This document shows, one piece after another, positions 41,635 through 52,005 of a DNA stretch of 64,000 nt (positions are counted from its first letter, which is position 1; the number at the start of each line of letters is the position of its first letter). The stretch is taken from assembly GCA_007117865.1 (NCBI GenBank), contig SKFT01000110.1:1004-65003 (forward strand), in the 5' to 3' direction. Source of the stretch: Puniceicoccaceae bacterium. Its GTDB lineage: Bacteria; Verrucomicrobiota; Verrucomicrobiia; Opitutales; Coraliomargaritaceae. The notes under the pieces were generated by a model. It did no database searches. It had not been told where the DNA came from and saw nothing but the letters and a program-made list of their open reading frames with translations. Made by a program: the position numbers and the translations under genes.

Positions 41635-41928
41635 TTGATTCATATCATGTTTCATATGTCCAAGATTTCCCCGAACTCTCCTCTTTCTATCGATCGGACG
41701 TCTGCTTCATTTGGACAAACGTCTTCCTTGTATCAGGAATTCCTTGCGGAGCGTGAAGAGATTTTGCGCCACAAATGGATTGAGTCTGAAAAGCATGGCA
41801 AGGACATAGGCTTTGAGCGTGCCTTGTTGGACTGGATACGTCATTACCGCGAAGGCTGGCGGCAAGCGCGACGTGGCGCGGAGATGACGACGTCACTAGC
41901 TGGCAAAAGCAATCAAGGCAATCAGTAG
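41635..41928 (+). CDS. Small conserved-looking hypothetical protein (start uncertain)
   Basis: The motif HKWIESEKHGKDIGFERALLDWIRHYREGW looks like a conserved helical module that I cannot name. The 3' end overlaps ctaB by 33 nt. Confidence 0.35.
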   Translation: MIHIMFHMSKISPNSPLSIDRTSASFGQTSSLYQEFLAEREEILRHKWIESEKHGKDIGFERALLDWIRHYREGWRQARRGAEMTTSLAGKSNQGNQ

Positions 41929-42807
41929 GATCGGCAGATAGATCAAGCTGAAAACAAACAGGTTGCTCTTGCCATTGCCGTCGAGGATTGCGCGAACAAG
42001 CCGTTTGAGTTCCCACGCCAGCCACGCCATTAACAGCAAGGCGAACAGGGCATAGCGAGCATCGGCGTAGCCCAGCCAATAGGGTGCCAGCGAGACGGCT
42101 ACCATAGCCATACTATACAGGAGCGTTTCCACCAGTAGTCGCCTGCCGTTGGGATGACTGACAGAGAGCACGCGAATCCCACCGCGTGCGTAATCTTCAC
42201 GATACAGCCAGGCGATGGCAAAAAAATGCGGCATTTGCCAAAACAATAATATCAGGAAAAGCCAGAATCCCAGCCCCGTCATTGTCCCGGTAGCAGCTGC
42301 CCAGCCAATAAGCGGTGGCAAGGCACCGGGTATCGCCCCCACGTGGGTGCATAGTGGTGTCATTCGCTTAAGGGGTGTATAGACCAGTAAATAACTGGCG
42401 ACAGTGGCGAGGTTGAGCAGAAAAACCAGCGAATGAAAGGTCCACCATTGGATAAGCAAACCGATGGCGATTAGGATCAGACCCATGCTGAGCGCCTGCG
42501 GTCGCGATAGTCGTCCCGTTGGCAGCGGACGGTCGCGGGTGCGGTGCATCAGTGCATCGGTCGCGTGTTCCCACCACTGATTCAAGGCCAGCACTCCCGC
42601 TGCGGATAAGAAAATGGAGCACGAAAGCAGCACCAGGGGAATCCATTCAACCAGCTGCGGAGCAGCGATATAGCCAATGGCAGCCGTCAAGGTGGACATT
42701 AGTGCCAGACGCGGTTTGGTCAGCTCCAACCAAACACCCAGTCCTCCACCTGATTGCTTGAGGCCGCTGGATGGCTCAGTCAAAGATTCGATTGGCTTAG
42801 CTGACAT
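41896..42807 (-). CDS. ctaB: Protoheme IX farnesyltransferase (heme O synthase)
   Basis: UbiA-type prenyltransferase motifs (LNQWWEHATDALMHRTRDRPLPTG; YTPLKRMTP; FFAIAWLYREDYARGG). Confidence 0.9.
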   Translation of the reverse strand: MSAKPIESLTEPSSGLKQSGGGLGVWLELTKPRLALMSTLTAAIGYIAAPQLVEWIPLVLLSCSIFLSAAGVLALNQWWEHATDALMHRTRDRPLPTGRLSRPQALSMGLILIAIGLLIQWWTFHSLVFLLNLATVASYLLVYTPLKRMTPLCTHVGAIPGALPPLIGWAAATGTMTGLGFWLFLILLFWQMPHFFAIAWLYREDYARGGIRVLSVSHPNGRRLLVETLLYSMAMVAVSLAPYWLGYADARYALFALLLMAWLAWELKRLVRAILDGNGKSNLFVFSLIYLPILLIALIAFAS

Positions 42808-43840
42808 TGGTAGAGGTAATGGTGGAGGGGAAATTGGCGGCAGGCATGGCCGCTGCGGCGGATTTGGCCGGCCGGCATTTGCGGGACCAGCACAGGCAGG
42901 CGCAGAGCGAAGCCATTAAGGCCGCGCCATTGAGCATGTGGAGGGTTGTGACATGGGCGTTGCGCAAGGTATGCAGAATTAACCAGCCTAGGGCAATTTG
43001 TGCGATAACCAGGAGTATGGGCAGCCAGCCGATCAGGGACAAGCGCAGGCTACCCGCCGCCGCACGGTAAAAAAGTAAGCCGTAATAAACGATTAGCGGC
43101 AGGAGCAAAAGGCCCAGTGTCCGGTGGATAAAATGGATGGCAACAGGGAAGGTGAATGTGGCGGGCAGCCAGTGACCGTCCGCTGTTGCGGCCGGGAAAG
43201 TGGGGATGGCCAGACCCGCACCGATATGGCGCATGATTGCGCCCGCCAAAATAGTCAACGCAGTGGCAATCAGAAGAACCCAGCCCAGTCGGTAAAGGTG
43301 GCCAAAGGCCTGCTGGTTACGCAACTTCGGAAGCGGCTGGAACCATCCCGGACTACTGCAAACCACCAGCGTGGTGAGTAGCAGCACCACGCTTTGTGCG
43401 CCCAATGCATGCAACACGGCAAAGGTTTGCGCCAGATAATTATGTTCCGCGCCGGTATTGAGTTCATCGTACAATACCCGCAAGCCCCCGAGAATACCTT
43501 GGGCGATCACGGCAAGCAAGAGCACGACGGCCAAGCCGCGCAGCCAGGCACGTCGTTCCAGCCGCCAGAAGAGCACGGCAATAATGATTGCAAGTATCCC
43601 GATAATCATACCTGCCAGACGGTGGCTATGCTCTGCCAATTGATCCCTGTCGCGGGTCCAGCCCTCCGGATTGATGGAGCCATTGGACAGGGGCCAATCA
43701 AGGAAAGCCATACCCGCGCCAATGGTGGTGGTAAATCCGCCCGCGTAGAGCAAGACCGTGCTCCAAACCAGTGCAATTGCCGTAACAACAAAAAGCACTG
43801 GTCGAAAGGAAGCGATTCGGCTGGTTTTAGCAGTTGTCAT
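42797..43840 (-). CDS. ctaA: Heme A synthase (COX15/CtaA family)
   Basis: TTTIGAGMAFLDWPLSNG, HR..G his-ligand motifs repeated in both halves, and 8 TM segments. Confidence 0.85.
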   Translation of the reverse strand: MTTAKTSRIASFRPVLFVVTAIALVWSTVLLYAGGFTTTIGAGMAFLDWPLSNGSINPEGWTRDRDQLAEHSHRLAGMIIGILAIIIAVLFWRLERRAWLRGLAVVLLLAVIAQGILGGLRVLYDELNTGAEHNYLAQTFAVLHALGAQSVVLLLTTLVVCSSPGWFQPLPKLRNQQAFGHLYRLGWVLLIATALTILAGAIMRHIGAGLAIPTFPAATADGHWLPATFTFPVAIHFIHRTLGLLLLPLIVYYGLLFYRAAAGSLRLSLIGWLPILLVIAQIALGWLILHTLRNAHVTTLHMLNGAALMASLCACLCWSRKCRPAKSAAAAMPAANFPSTITSTNVS

Positions 43841-43881
43841 AATTATTGATAGTCATGTCACCCTCGATCTGCCTTTGATAA

Positions 43882-46617
43882 TCAAGGTTTGATGGGCTTA
43901 GCCCGGCGGGCTGCTAAAACGGCTTTTTCTGCTTCAACGATGATGAATACCACCAGGCCTGCCAGCAGGATCTTCGGCCACAGATGGAGGGGAATCGACT
44001 CGGTGCCAAACAGTGATTGCATCCAACCATTGTAGGTGAACAAGCCTTGGAACAGCAGCAGCAAGGCAACGGTTAGCCAGGCGATGCGGTTGGAGAAGAA
44101 TCCATGACGCCAAGCCGAGTCATGCAGTGAGCGGCAATTAAACAGGTAAAAGGCTTGGCCAATTGCCAGCGTATTCACTGCCACGGTTGAGGCCAGGGCC
44201 GAGCTGGCACCGGAATGCAGCATCAGTTGGAAGAAGCCGATTGAGAAAGCGGCCAGTAAAATCGATACAATGCAGAGGCGTAATAAAAATGTGCTGTCGA
44301 GTATGCTGGCTTTGGGATTGCGCGGGGGACGTTTCATCACACCCGTTTCCGAAGGCTCAAAAGAGAGTGCCAGCGCCAGAGTGACGGCGGTGACCATATT
44401 GATCCACAGAATTTGCACCGGAGTGATGGGCATGGCCATGCCGACCATAATGGCGGCCATCACCACCAGTCCCTGGGCGCCGTTGGTAGGCAAAATGAAT
44501 AAGATCGCCTTCCGCAAGTTGTCATAGATGGTCCGGCCCTCGCGAACAGCTTTTGCGATGGTGGCGAAGTTGTCGTCGGCCAATACCATCTCTGAAGCAT
44601 CCTTGGTGACCTCCGTACCTTTCATGCCCATGGCAATGCCGACGTCCGAGCGTTTTAGCGCCGGTGCATCGTTAACCCCGTCGCCAGTCATCGCGGTGAT
44701 TTCGCCACGGGATTGCAGTGCCTCGACCAGACGCAATTTATTTTCCGGGCTGGTGCGGGCAAAGACATCGCAATTGACCGCCGCATCGGCCAGTGCCTCT
44801 GGCTCCATTTGGTCAAGATCCAAGCCGGTCAATGGATTCTCCCAGGCCTCAAGTCCGAGTTCGCGGGCGATGGCAGAGGCGGTCAGCGCATGGTCCCCGG
44901 TGATCATTTTCACTCGAATACCTGCTGCACTGCAGGCTTTGACAGCTTCGATGGCCTCCGGGCGTGGAGGATCAATCATGCCATAAAGACCGAGAAAGAT
45001 GAGATCCTCTTCAATGCTCGCGTGGTCGATGTTTTCAGTTGAGTCGCCCTCCGGCAGTGGACGGTAGGCGGCTGCCAGCACGCGAAGCCCTTGGCTGGCC
45101 ATCTCCTCCATTCGCGTTTTCCAGGCTTCCTTATCAATGGTATGGTTGCCATCGGCATGCCAGACTTGGCTGCAACGATCCAACAAGCGCTCTGGGGCAC
45201 CTTTTACCCAGATGGTTTTGCGACCATTGGCATCGGCATTGAGCGTTGCCATGTATTTATAATCGCTTTCGAAGGGCAGGGTGTCGATGCGCTTATGCTG
45301 TTCGGCGAAGACCTCGCCAGCTTTGCGCGCCAGGGTAAGTAGTCCACCTTCGGTCGGATCGCCATGCAGGACCCACTCACCGTTTTTCTCACTCAGGTCG
45401 GCATCATTGCAGATGTGTGCACATTGAATGAGTTGCCGCAAGCCATCTATTTCATCGGCTTTGACGGCATTGTCCGCGTCATCCTGAATCTCTCCCTCGG
45501 GCGCGTAGCCAGTGCCGGTTACCTTATAGGTGCGTTCGCCTAACAGCAGCTTCTGCACGGTCATTTCATTGCGGGTCAGGGTGCCGGTTTTATCTGAGCA
45601 AATGACGGTTACCGAGCCGAGGGTCTCCACCGATGGCAGGCGGCGAATAATCGCTTTTTGCCGCGCCATCTGCTGGACCCCCAGCGCCAGCGTAATGGTC
45701 ATGATTGCGGGAAGGCCTTCGGGAATCGCTGCTACGGCAAGTCCTATGACAGCCAGCAACAGTTCCTCCGTGGGATAATCATGAAAGACAAACCCGATAA
45801 AAAAGAATAGCGCGGTTAAGGCACCGATCACAATGGAGAGCATTTTGCCAAAGCGGTCCATTTGCTGCAGCAAAGGCGTTTTCAAGCTTTGTACCGCATT
45901 CATCATTTCGTTGATTTTACCCAGCTCAGTCTGCCCACCGGTGGCAACGACGATGCCAGTAGCGCGCCCGGAGGTCACCATCGTTCCCGAAAAGGCCATA
46001 TTGAAGCGGTCACCGAGTGGGACATTTTCTTCCAGCGCATCAGGTTTTTTGTCTACCGGAACGGATTCACCCGTCAGCGCTGATTCCTCCACTTTAAGGT
46101 TTCGCACTTTGATGAGGCGCAAATCCGCCGGGATTTTGTCACCACTTTCGAGCAATACGACATCTCCCGGCACCAGATCTTTTGCATCAACGGTGTGTGT
46201 CTTGCCCGCGCGTTTGACACGGGCGTTGAGCGAGAGCATTTTGCGGATACCTTCCAGCGCCCGCTCTGCCTTGCCCTCCTGAATGAAGCCGATGATGGAA
46301 TTGATGACGACCACGCCGAGGATGACAAAGGTGTCGATCCAGTGCTGCATTAGCGCAGTCACCACCGCCGCCGCGATCAGTATATAGATCAGGACGTTGT
46401 GAAACTGGAGTAGAAACCGTAACCAAGCCGGTTGCTTGGCGGCTTCAGGCAATGAGTTGGGGCCATACTGCTGCAAGCGCTCCTGCGCTTCCTTTTCGCT
46501 GAGACCCTCGGTGTTGCCAGCTAACTTGGAAATAACGGAATCGGCGCTTGCCGCATGCCAATTTAAAGGGGAATCACGATCTGGGTTTTTCTGTGTCATA
46601 ATGCTGGTGTTAAGCAT
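43882..46617 (-). CDS. Cation-transporting P-type ATPase (P2, Ca2+/Mg2+-like)
   Basis: LTGESVPV, CSDKTGTLT, MITGDH, TGDGVNDAPALK. The 80-aa N-terminal extension in the track ORF is rejected. The start is at ATG 46617 or 46599. Confidence 0.9.
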   Translation of the reverse strand: MLNTSIMTQKNPDRDSPLNWHAASADSVISKLAGNTEGLSEKEAQERLQQYGPNSLPEAAKQPAWLRFLLQFHNVLIYILIAAAVVTALMQHWIDTFVILGVVVINSIIGFIQEGKAERALEGIRKMLSLNARVKRAGKTHTVDAKDLVPGDVVLLESGDKIPADLRLIKVRNLKVEESALTGESVPVDKKPDALEENVPLGDRFNMAFSGTMVTSGRATGIVVATGGQTELGKINEMMNAVQSLKTPLLQQMDRFGKMLSIVIGALTALFFFIGFVFHDYPTEELLLAVIGLAVAAIPEGLPAIMTITLALGVQQMARQKAIIRRLPSVETLGSVTVICSDKTGTLTRNEMTVQKLLLGERTYKVTGTGYAPEGEIQDDADNAVKADEIDGLRQLIQCAHICNDADLSEKNGEWVLHGDPTEGGLLTLARKAGEVFAEQHKRIDTLPFESDYKYMATLNADANGRKTIWVKGAPERLLDRCSQVWHADGNHTIDKEAWKTRMEEMASQGLRVLAAAYRPLPEGDSTENIDHASIEEDLIFLGLYGMIDPPRPEAIEAVKACSAAGIRVKMITGDHALTASAIARELGLEAWENPLTGLDLDQMEPEALADAAVNCDVFARTSPENKLRLVEALQSRGEITAMTGDGVNDAPALKRSDVGIAMGMKGTEVTKDASEMVLADDNFATIAKAVREGRTIYDNLRKAILFILPTNGAQGLVVMAAIMVGMAMPITPVQILWINMVTAVTLALALSFEPSETGVMKRPPRNPKASILDSTFLLRLCIVSILLAAFSIGFFQLMLHSGASSALASTVAVNTLAIGQAFYLFNCRSLHDSAWRHGFFSNRIAWLTVALLLLFQGLFTYNGWMQSLFGTESIPLHLWPKILLAGLVVFIIVEAEKAVLAARRAKPIKP

Positions 46618-48958
46618 ATTTTTTGCGCGTCTGCAATTGAAACCGCTCCCGTAAATGCGTAACTCTGGGTTCGGTCCGGTGGTTGCGCACGGCCATTGCG
46701 TAGGCATCCGAATCGCCGATGATAAAAACTTTCGAGCGCGCCCGGGTGATGGCGGTGTAGAGCAGGTTGCGTTGCAGTAGCAGAAAGTGTTGCTTAAGTA
46801 GTGGGATAATGACTGCCGGGTATTCGCTGCCCTGGCTCTTGTGGATGGTGATCGCATACGCCAGTTGCAAGTCGGACAGATCGGACTTGGAGAATTCTAT
46901 AACGTCGCTATCGAACGCCACTGTCAGGCTGCTGCGATCGGCAGCGATGCCGGAGATAATTCCAGTGTCGCCATTGAATACCCCCTTGTCGTAATTATTG
47001 CGCATTTGGATGACTTTGTCACCCAGTCGGTATTGTATCCCCCCGTAGTCGAGAAAAGCGGGTAGGGGACGTCCCGTAGCCTCGCGAAAATGCATTTGCC
47101 TGGAAGCGCGGTAGCCAGTTGATGCGGACACCTTTTCCTGGGTTGGGTTGAGCGACTGCTGGAGGCTTTGGTTGAGCGCTGAGACACCAGCCACGCCCTT
47201 ATGGAGGGGACTCAACACCTGCACCTCGCGAATGGCATGGTAGCGGTAATGGTTGGGGATAAAATCCTCCAGCAGTTTTTGGATAATGGCAACACAGGCG
47301 TGCGGATCGGTTTCCAAAATAAAATGAAAATCCATTGCTGGATCCAATTGGCCGATGCTTCCCGACAGCAGTGGAGGGTTGGCTTGACCGCTGAGAATGG
47401 CGTGGGCGGTGGCGACAATGCCGCTTTGCTCACTTTGTCGAAAAATCGTGTTCAGGCGGGTGACAACAATTGCCTCACAGCCAATTAAATCGGCCAGGAA
47501 ATTGCCTGCACCCACTGGTGGCAACTGATCGGTATCGCCTACCAGCAGAAGATGTGCCGCAGGAGGCAAAGCAGCAAGGAGGGAGGATGCCAGCGAGTTG
47601 TCCAGCATACTGACTTCGTCAACAATCAGATAATCGACCGCTAGCGGCAGCTCCTCGCCGTGCACAAATCCGCCGTTGGCAGCATCCACCTTGAGCAGGC
47701 GGTGAATGGTTGAGGCTTCCATCCCAGCCGCCTCCGAAAGCCGCTGGGCAGCGCGTCCGGTGGGCGATGCCAGCAGCACGCGCACTTTTTTGGCTCGCAG
47801 GATTTCAACCAGTGCCCGCAGGATGGTGGTTTTGCCTGTTCCAGGGCCTCCGGTTAGGATGGAGGTCTTGTTTTGCAGTCCCTTGCGGATGGCATCGGAT
47901 TGCAGCTCGGCGAAGTCAAATCCCGCCCGCTTGGCAGCCCAGTCGAGGGCCGCATCGATGCGGATCGCTGGCAGGCAGGATGGCGTATCCATGCATTGCT
48001 GGAGGTGGCGGACGATTTTTGCCTCTGCCGCAGCCATGTTAGGCAGTTGACATCCGGATATGCTCTCGCGGGAATCCGGCAAGGGCATTTGAATGGCTAC
48101 CAGGCTGTGCTTGGCGAGTAAATGCTTGATGCGTTCGCAAATCGGACCCGGATCAACCCGCAGCAATTGGGCGGCCAGCTCCTGCAGCCGGTCGATGGAG
48201 CAAGCGGTATGGCCGTCGCTGGCACGCTCGCGCAGACAGTGCAGGATGCCCGCCTCAATGCGGGCATCGGAGTTGCTGGGCAGCCCAAGGTTGAGGGCAA
48301 TTTTATCGGCTGTGGCAAAGCCGATGCGCTCAATTTCAACCGCCAGACGGTAAGGTTCCTGCTCCAGAATCGTGCGGGCATTGTTGCCATATTTTTTGAC
48401 CAAGCGGACACACTGGCGGGTGGTGATGCCATAAGTTTGCAAAAACATCATCACATCGCGCACGGCCACCTGTTCATCCCAGGCTTTCTTAATCGACACA
48501 GCCCGTTGCTTGCCTATCCCAGGCACTTCCTTAAGACGTCCGGATTGATGGGAAATCACCTCCAGGGTTTGGTCACCGAAATGGTCGACAATCTTTTTGG
48601 CATAGGTTTTACCGATGCCGTGGATCAATCCGCTACCGAGGTATTTGCGAATACCATGAACGCTGGCGGGCAATTTGGATTCATACGCAGTCACTTTGAA
48701 CTGATCGCCGTGGTGAGTGTGGCGCGACCAATGCCCCTGCACCCGCAGTGTCTCGCCGCATTGCACCCCGGGCAGGATACCTGCAATCACAATTTGCTCG
48801 CGGCTATTGAGGCGGCGCAATTCAGCTACGCAGTAGGCATTTTCCTCATTCGAATAAATGATTCGCTCAAGTACCCCGTCAATGCTTTCTGAAAATTGCG
48901 CGTCGCCAGCCATGTCGACAATAGAGTCTGCACGCATTAAAAGGTCAATACCCGGCAT
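46610..48958 (-). CDS. recD2: RecD2-type SF1B ATP-dependent DNA helicase
   Basis: N-terminal ERIIYSNEENAYCVAEL, HhH region, Walker A GGPGTGKTT, VDEVSMLD, and C-terminal AYAITIHKSQGSEY. The start is among ATGs at 48958 or slightly downstream. Confidence 0.85.
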   Translation of the reverse strand: MPGIDLLMRADSIVDMAGDAQFSESIDGVLERIIYSNEENAYCVAELRRLNSREQIVIAGILPGVQCGETLRVQGHWSRHTHHGDQFKVTAYESKLPASVHGIRKYLGSGLIHGIGKTYAKKIVDHFGDQTLEVISHQSGRLKEVPGIGKQRAVSIKKAWDEQVAVRDVMMFLQTYGITTRQCVRLVKKYGNNARTILEQEPYRLAVEIERIGFATADKIALNLGLPSNSDARIEAGILHCLRERASDGHTACSIDRLQELAAQLLRVDPGPICERIKHLLAKHSLVAIQMPLPDSRESISGCQLPNMAAAEAKIVRHLQQCMDTPSCLPAIRIDAALDWAAKRAGFDFAELQSDAIRKGLQNKTSILTGGPGTGKTTILRALVEILRAKKVRVLLASPTGRAAQRLSEAAGMEASTIHRLLKVDAANGGFVHGEELPLAVDYLIVDEVSMLDNSLASSLLAALPPAAHLLLVGDTDQLPPVGAGNFLADLIGCEAIVVTRLNTIFRQSEQSGIVATAHAILSGQANPPLLSGSIGQLDPAMDFHFILETDPHACVAIIQKLLEDFIPNHYRYHAIREVQVLSPLHKGVAGVSALNQSLQQSLNPTQEKVSASTGYRASRQMHFREATGRPLPAFLDYGGIQYRLGDKVIQMRNNYDKGVFNGDTGIISGIAADRSSLTVAFDSDVIEFSKSDLSDLQLAYAITIHKSQGSEYPAVIIPLLKQHFLLLQRNLLYTAITRARSKVFIIGDSDAYAMAVRNHRTEPRVTHLRERFQLQTRKKYA

Positions 48959-48997
48959 AATACCGAATCTAATCAATTTTTCGAGTTTGACGCAAAC
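48956..48997 (+). repeat. 42-nt intergenic motif, copy 3 of 3; directly abuts the 94-nt element
   Basis: ATAATACCGAATCTAATCAATTTTTCGAGTTTGACGCAAACC. It is 36/42 identical to the copy at 54578-54619. Confidence 0.6.
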
Positions 48998-48998
48998 C

Positions 48999-49092
48999 GA
49001 GCAGCCTGTTGGGCTTAGCCAACCCTAAAGTTTATTAACCAACGATAGTCTGCAGTGCTGCGGTAGGGCAGATGCGATAAAACAGGCTGCTA
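48999..49092. repeat. 94-nt intergenic element with terminal inverted repeats, copy B
   Basis: AGCAGCCTGTT (49000-49010) is the exact reverse complement of AACAGGCTGCT (49081-49091). 76/94 identical to copy A. Confidence 0.65.
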
Positions 49093-49117
49093 ATTGGCAG
49101 GGCGCATCAAGCCCACT

Positions 49118-50371
49118 TCAGGAGCGGTGTGACAAGACTTTGGCTTCGTAGTCTTTGACTTCGGCTAGCCATTGACCTTCGCCGGGAGTGTTGTTGCGTT
49201 CGCAGAAGGTGTCCCAAACCGCACCGAAGGGTAAGGTTTTGAGTTCTTCGAGCAAGGCAAGGCGGGTGGTGTAGTCGCCTGCCGATTCCACTTGGCGAAG
49301 CTTCTCACCTGGTTCAAGCAAAGCCAACAGCAGTGCTTTTTGTGCCGAGCGTGTGCCGATGGTCCATGCCGCGATGCGGTTGATGCTGGCATCGAAGAAG
49401 TCGAGGCCGATATGTGTGCGCTCCAGTGCATCACAACGCACCAATTCCTCCATGATCGCCTTGGTGGGATCGTCGAGCAGGACCACGTGGTCACTATCCC
49501 AACGCACGCCGCGGCTGACGTGAAGGAGAATTTCCGGGACGAACTGTAGTATCGAGGAAACTTTGTCAGCAATGCCTTCGGTGGGGTGGAAGTGACCCGC
49601 GTCGAGGCACAGCAGGGTTTGATTTTGGATGGCGTAGCCCATGTAGAATTCGTGCGAACCGACGACATACGATTCCGAACCGATGCCAAACAGCTTGCAT
49701 TCGACAGCATCCAGATTGTGTGACGGGTTGAGTTTGTCTGCCAGCACCTTGTCCAAGCTCTCGCGCAAGCGCAGGCGAGGTGCCAGGCGATCTGCTGGGA
49801 GGTCTTTGTAGCCATCCGGAATCCATATGTTGGTCACTGCCGGGGTGCCGAGTTGTTTACCCATCTCAGCGGCGATTGTGCGTGAGCGTTTGCAGTGTTC
49901 GATCCAGAAGTCACGAATGCCGGCATCCGGGTGGGAGAGGGTGAAGCCGTCCGCTGCCTTATCGTGGGCAAAGCAACTGGGGTTGAAGTCCAGTCCAAGC
50001 TTCTGCTCGCGGCACCAATCAATCCAGGATTGAAAGTGTTTGACCTCGATGGCATCGCGGTCGACCAAGCCGTCACTGAAATCGCCATAAATGGCATGCA
50101 GGTTGAGGCGGTGTGAGCCGGGAATCAATTTCAGTGCCTGCTCCAAGTCGGCGCGTAGTTCATTCATCGAGCGCGCCTTGCCCGGATAGTTGCCGGTGAC
50201 GGCCAAGCCGCTGCCGAGTTCACCGTCCTCGCTTTCAAAACCAGCCACATCATCGCCTTGCCAGCAATGGATGGAAATGGGTGTTTTTGCAAGCGCTACA
50301 AGTGCTTGTTCAACATCGACCCCAAGGGCCGCGTAGCGTTCTTTTGCTATATCGTATGCTTTCATGCTCAT
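49118..50371 (-). CDS. rhaA: L-rhamnose isomerase
   Basis: [16 protein letters not shown]...[15 protein letters not shown] closely parallels the N-terminus of enterobacterial RhaA. 417 aa. Confidence 0.9.
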   Translation of the reverse strand: MSMKAYDIAKERYAALGVDVEQALVALAKTPISIHCWQGDDVAGFESEDGELGSGLAVTGNYPGKARSMNELRADLEQALKLIPGSHRLNLHAIYGDFSDGLVDRDAIEVKHFQSWIDWCREQKLGLDFNPSCFAHDKAADGFTLSHPDAGIRDFWIEHCKRSRTIAAEMGKQLGTPAVTNIWIPDGYKDLPADRLAPRLRLRESLDKVLADKLNPSHNLDAVECKLFGIGSESYVVGSHEFYMGYAIQNQTLLCLDAGHFHPTEGIADKVSSILQFVPEILLHVSRGVRWDSDHVVLLDDPTKAIMEELVRCDALERTHIGLDFFDASINRIAAWTIGTRSAQKALLLALLEPGEKLRQVESAGDYTTRLALLEELKTLPFGAVWDTFCERNNTPGEGQWLAEVKDYEAKVLSHRS

Positions 50372-50486
50372 AAGTTAAGATGTTGGATCTGGGGCGATTG
50401 TTGCCATAAAACTTATTTCTCAGAAGTACGATGGCATGTTGCAAGAATCAATTTAGGTGTGAACCGATTTTGTTATCTCTCGGTAT

Positions 50487-51917
50487 CTAAGCGCGCAAGG
50501 CGGCCATGACATCGGCCGCCGAGTAGCTGTTTTTGCCGGTTGGAATGAAGTCCATGATGGAGTTGAGACTTTCACCAGCGGTTAGCAAAGCTGGCTCGGT
50601 CGAGCCATCGCTGAGCTTTTGTCCCATACCGATGGTGGCCAGCAAGCTATTACATAGGCATAGCTTGCCTTCGGTTTGCTCTTCTGTTCCGCCTTTGGCC
50701 ACGAAGCTGGCAACGGGTGCTGCGGCGCAGCGGAAGCCGACTTTGCCATTGGCATCGTAGTAAGCCTGACGCAGATAACCGAGATCACAGCGTCGTTCGC
50801 GTGGCTCGCTTATGGCTGGGTCGGTGAGCGTTCCCGGCATATCGACTACTTTAAATGGCATACCGGTGGGTGATACCCGGCCATCTGTGCGAACGGAAAT
50901 AGTACCCTCGCGGGAGGCCTGGATGGCCTTTTGCTTCCACTCTGTTGCCAGTCCGGATTCATCGCAGAAGGCAAAGGCTGTTCCCACCTGTACGCCCTGA
51001 GCACCCGCATCAAGGGCTGATTTCAGGGCATCCCTAGAGGCACTGTTGCCAGCTAGCCAAAACGGAATCCCAAGGGCTCGAATCGCCTTTAGGTCAACTG
51101 CGTCGCGTTCGCTGTAAATTGGTTGTTCACCGGTATCGGTCCGGTATCCGCGCGGTGGTGCATTGTGTCCGCCAGCACTTGCGCCTTCGATAACGAAGCC
51201 ATCAACCTTGCCATTGGCTTTACGCGCCAAGGTCATCGCTACTGCAACGGCGGATACAATGCCTATAAAATACGGACGCCGCAATTTCGGTGCGCTGATC
51301 CCAAGTGCTGCTGACGGGTCAAAGTAAATGGTTTGCGCGGGCCCACCGGCGATATCGATGCGCAGTTCGGCGGTTTTGCCAGCGGCAAAGGCATCGAGTA
51401 GCCCGGGAATATGGCGCGGAATACCGGCACCCATAAGCACGGCATCGACCCCGGCTAGCATTGCGCCATAGATGGTCGCCAGTGTCGAAAGTTGAATTTT
51501 TTCCAGCAGGTTGATGCCCACCTGGCCATTGTGTCCCTCCTTGGCCAGCCAGACCTCGACAAAGCCGCCAACGACTTCCAGCAGATCGCGCTTGCGGTTG
51601 GCGGTCAGTGTAGGCAATGGACTCAGTTTGAAGGCTTGGTCACTGTTAATACCGCCTTCAACGAAGTAGCCGTCGAGAATTTCCTGCGCAAGGGCTTGCC
51701 AGGGAAAGGCTGCCAGTGCTCGTCGGACATGTCGATCCACGTCGCCCGCCTGTAGGCGACGAATTAATACTGTGCCGAGGGCTGTGCCGGAAACCACACC
51801 CAAGCCGCCTTCGCGGGATACCGCGTTGGCAAGCGTCCAATTGGAAACACCAACACCCATGCCACCTTGTATGATGACAGGTAGGAGCGCATTCGTTATT
51901 GATTCATTATCCACCAT
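50487..51917 (-). CDS. Nitronate monooxygenase / NPD-family FMN oxidoreductase (long form, 476 aa)
   Basis: IIQGGMGVGVSNWTLANAVSREGGLGVVSG, a TIM-barrel FMN pattern and GASAGGH. Confidence 0.7.
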   Translation of the reverse strand: MVDNESITNALLPVIIQGGMGVGVSNWTLANAVSREGGLGVVSGTALGTVLIRRLQAGDVDRHVRRALAAFPWQALAQEILDGYFVEGGINSDQAFKLSPLPTLTANRKRDLLEVVGGFVEVWLAKEGHNGQVGINLLEKIQLSTLATIYGAMLAGVDAVLMGAGIPRHIPGLLDAFAAGKTAELRIDIAGGPAQTIYFDPSAALGISAPKLRRPYFIGIVSAVAVAMTLARKANGKVDGFVIEGASAGGHNAPPRGYRTDTGEQPIYSERDAVDLKAIRALGIPFWLAGNSASRDALKSALDAGAQGVQVGTAFAFCDESGLATEWKQKAIQASREGTISVRTDGRVSPTGMPFKVVDMPGTLTDPAISEPRERRCDLGYLRQAYYDANGKVGFRCAAAPVASFVAKGGTEEQTEGKLCLCNSLLATIGMGQKLSDGSTEPALLTAGESLNSIMDFIPTGKNSYSAADVMAALRA

Positions 51918-52005
51918 TAGAGAATTTACATTGTTTGCGTTGGGTCAATATTCAAGCAACTCGCTGAATCTTGAAGGAAAGATATACAAGTTATACTAAT
52001 GCAAC

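Noticed and set aside
48122-48892. 256-aa plus-strand ORF opposite recD2
   Set aside because: RecD2 motifs (Walker A and the helicase motifs) are unambiguous on the minus strand. This is a shadow ORF.
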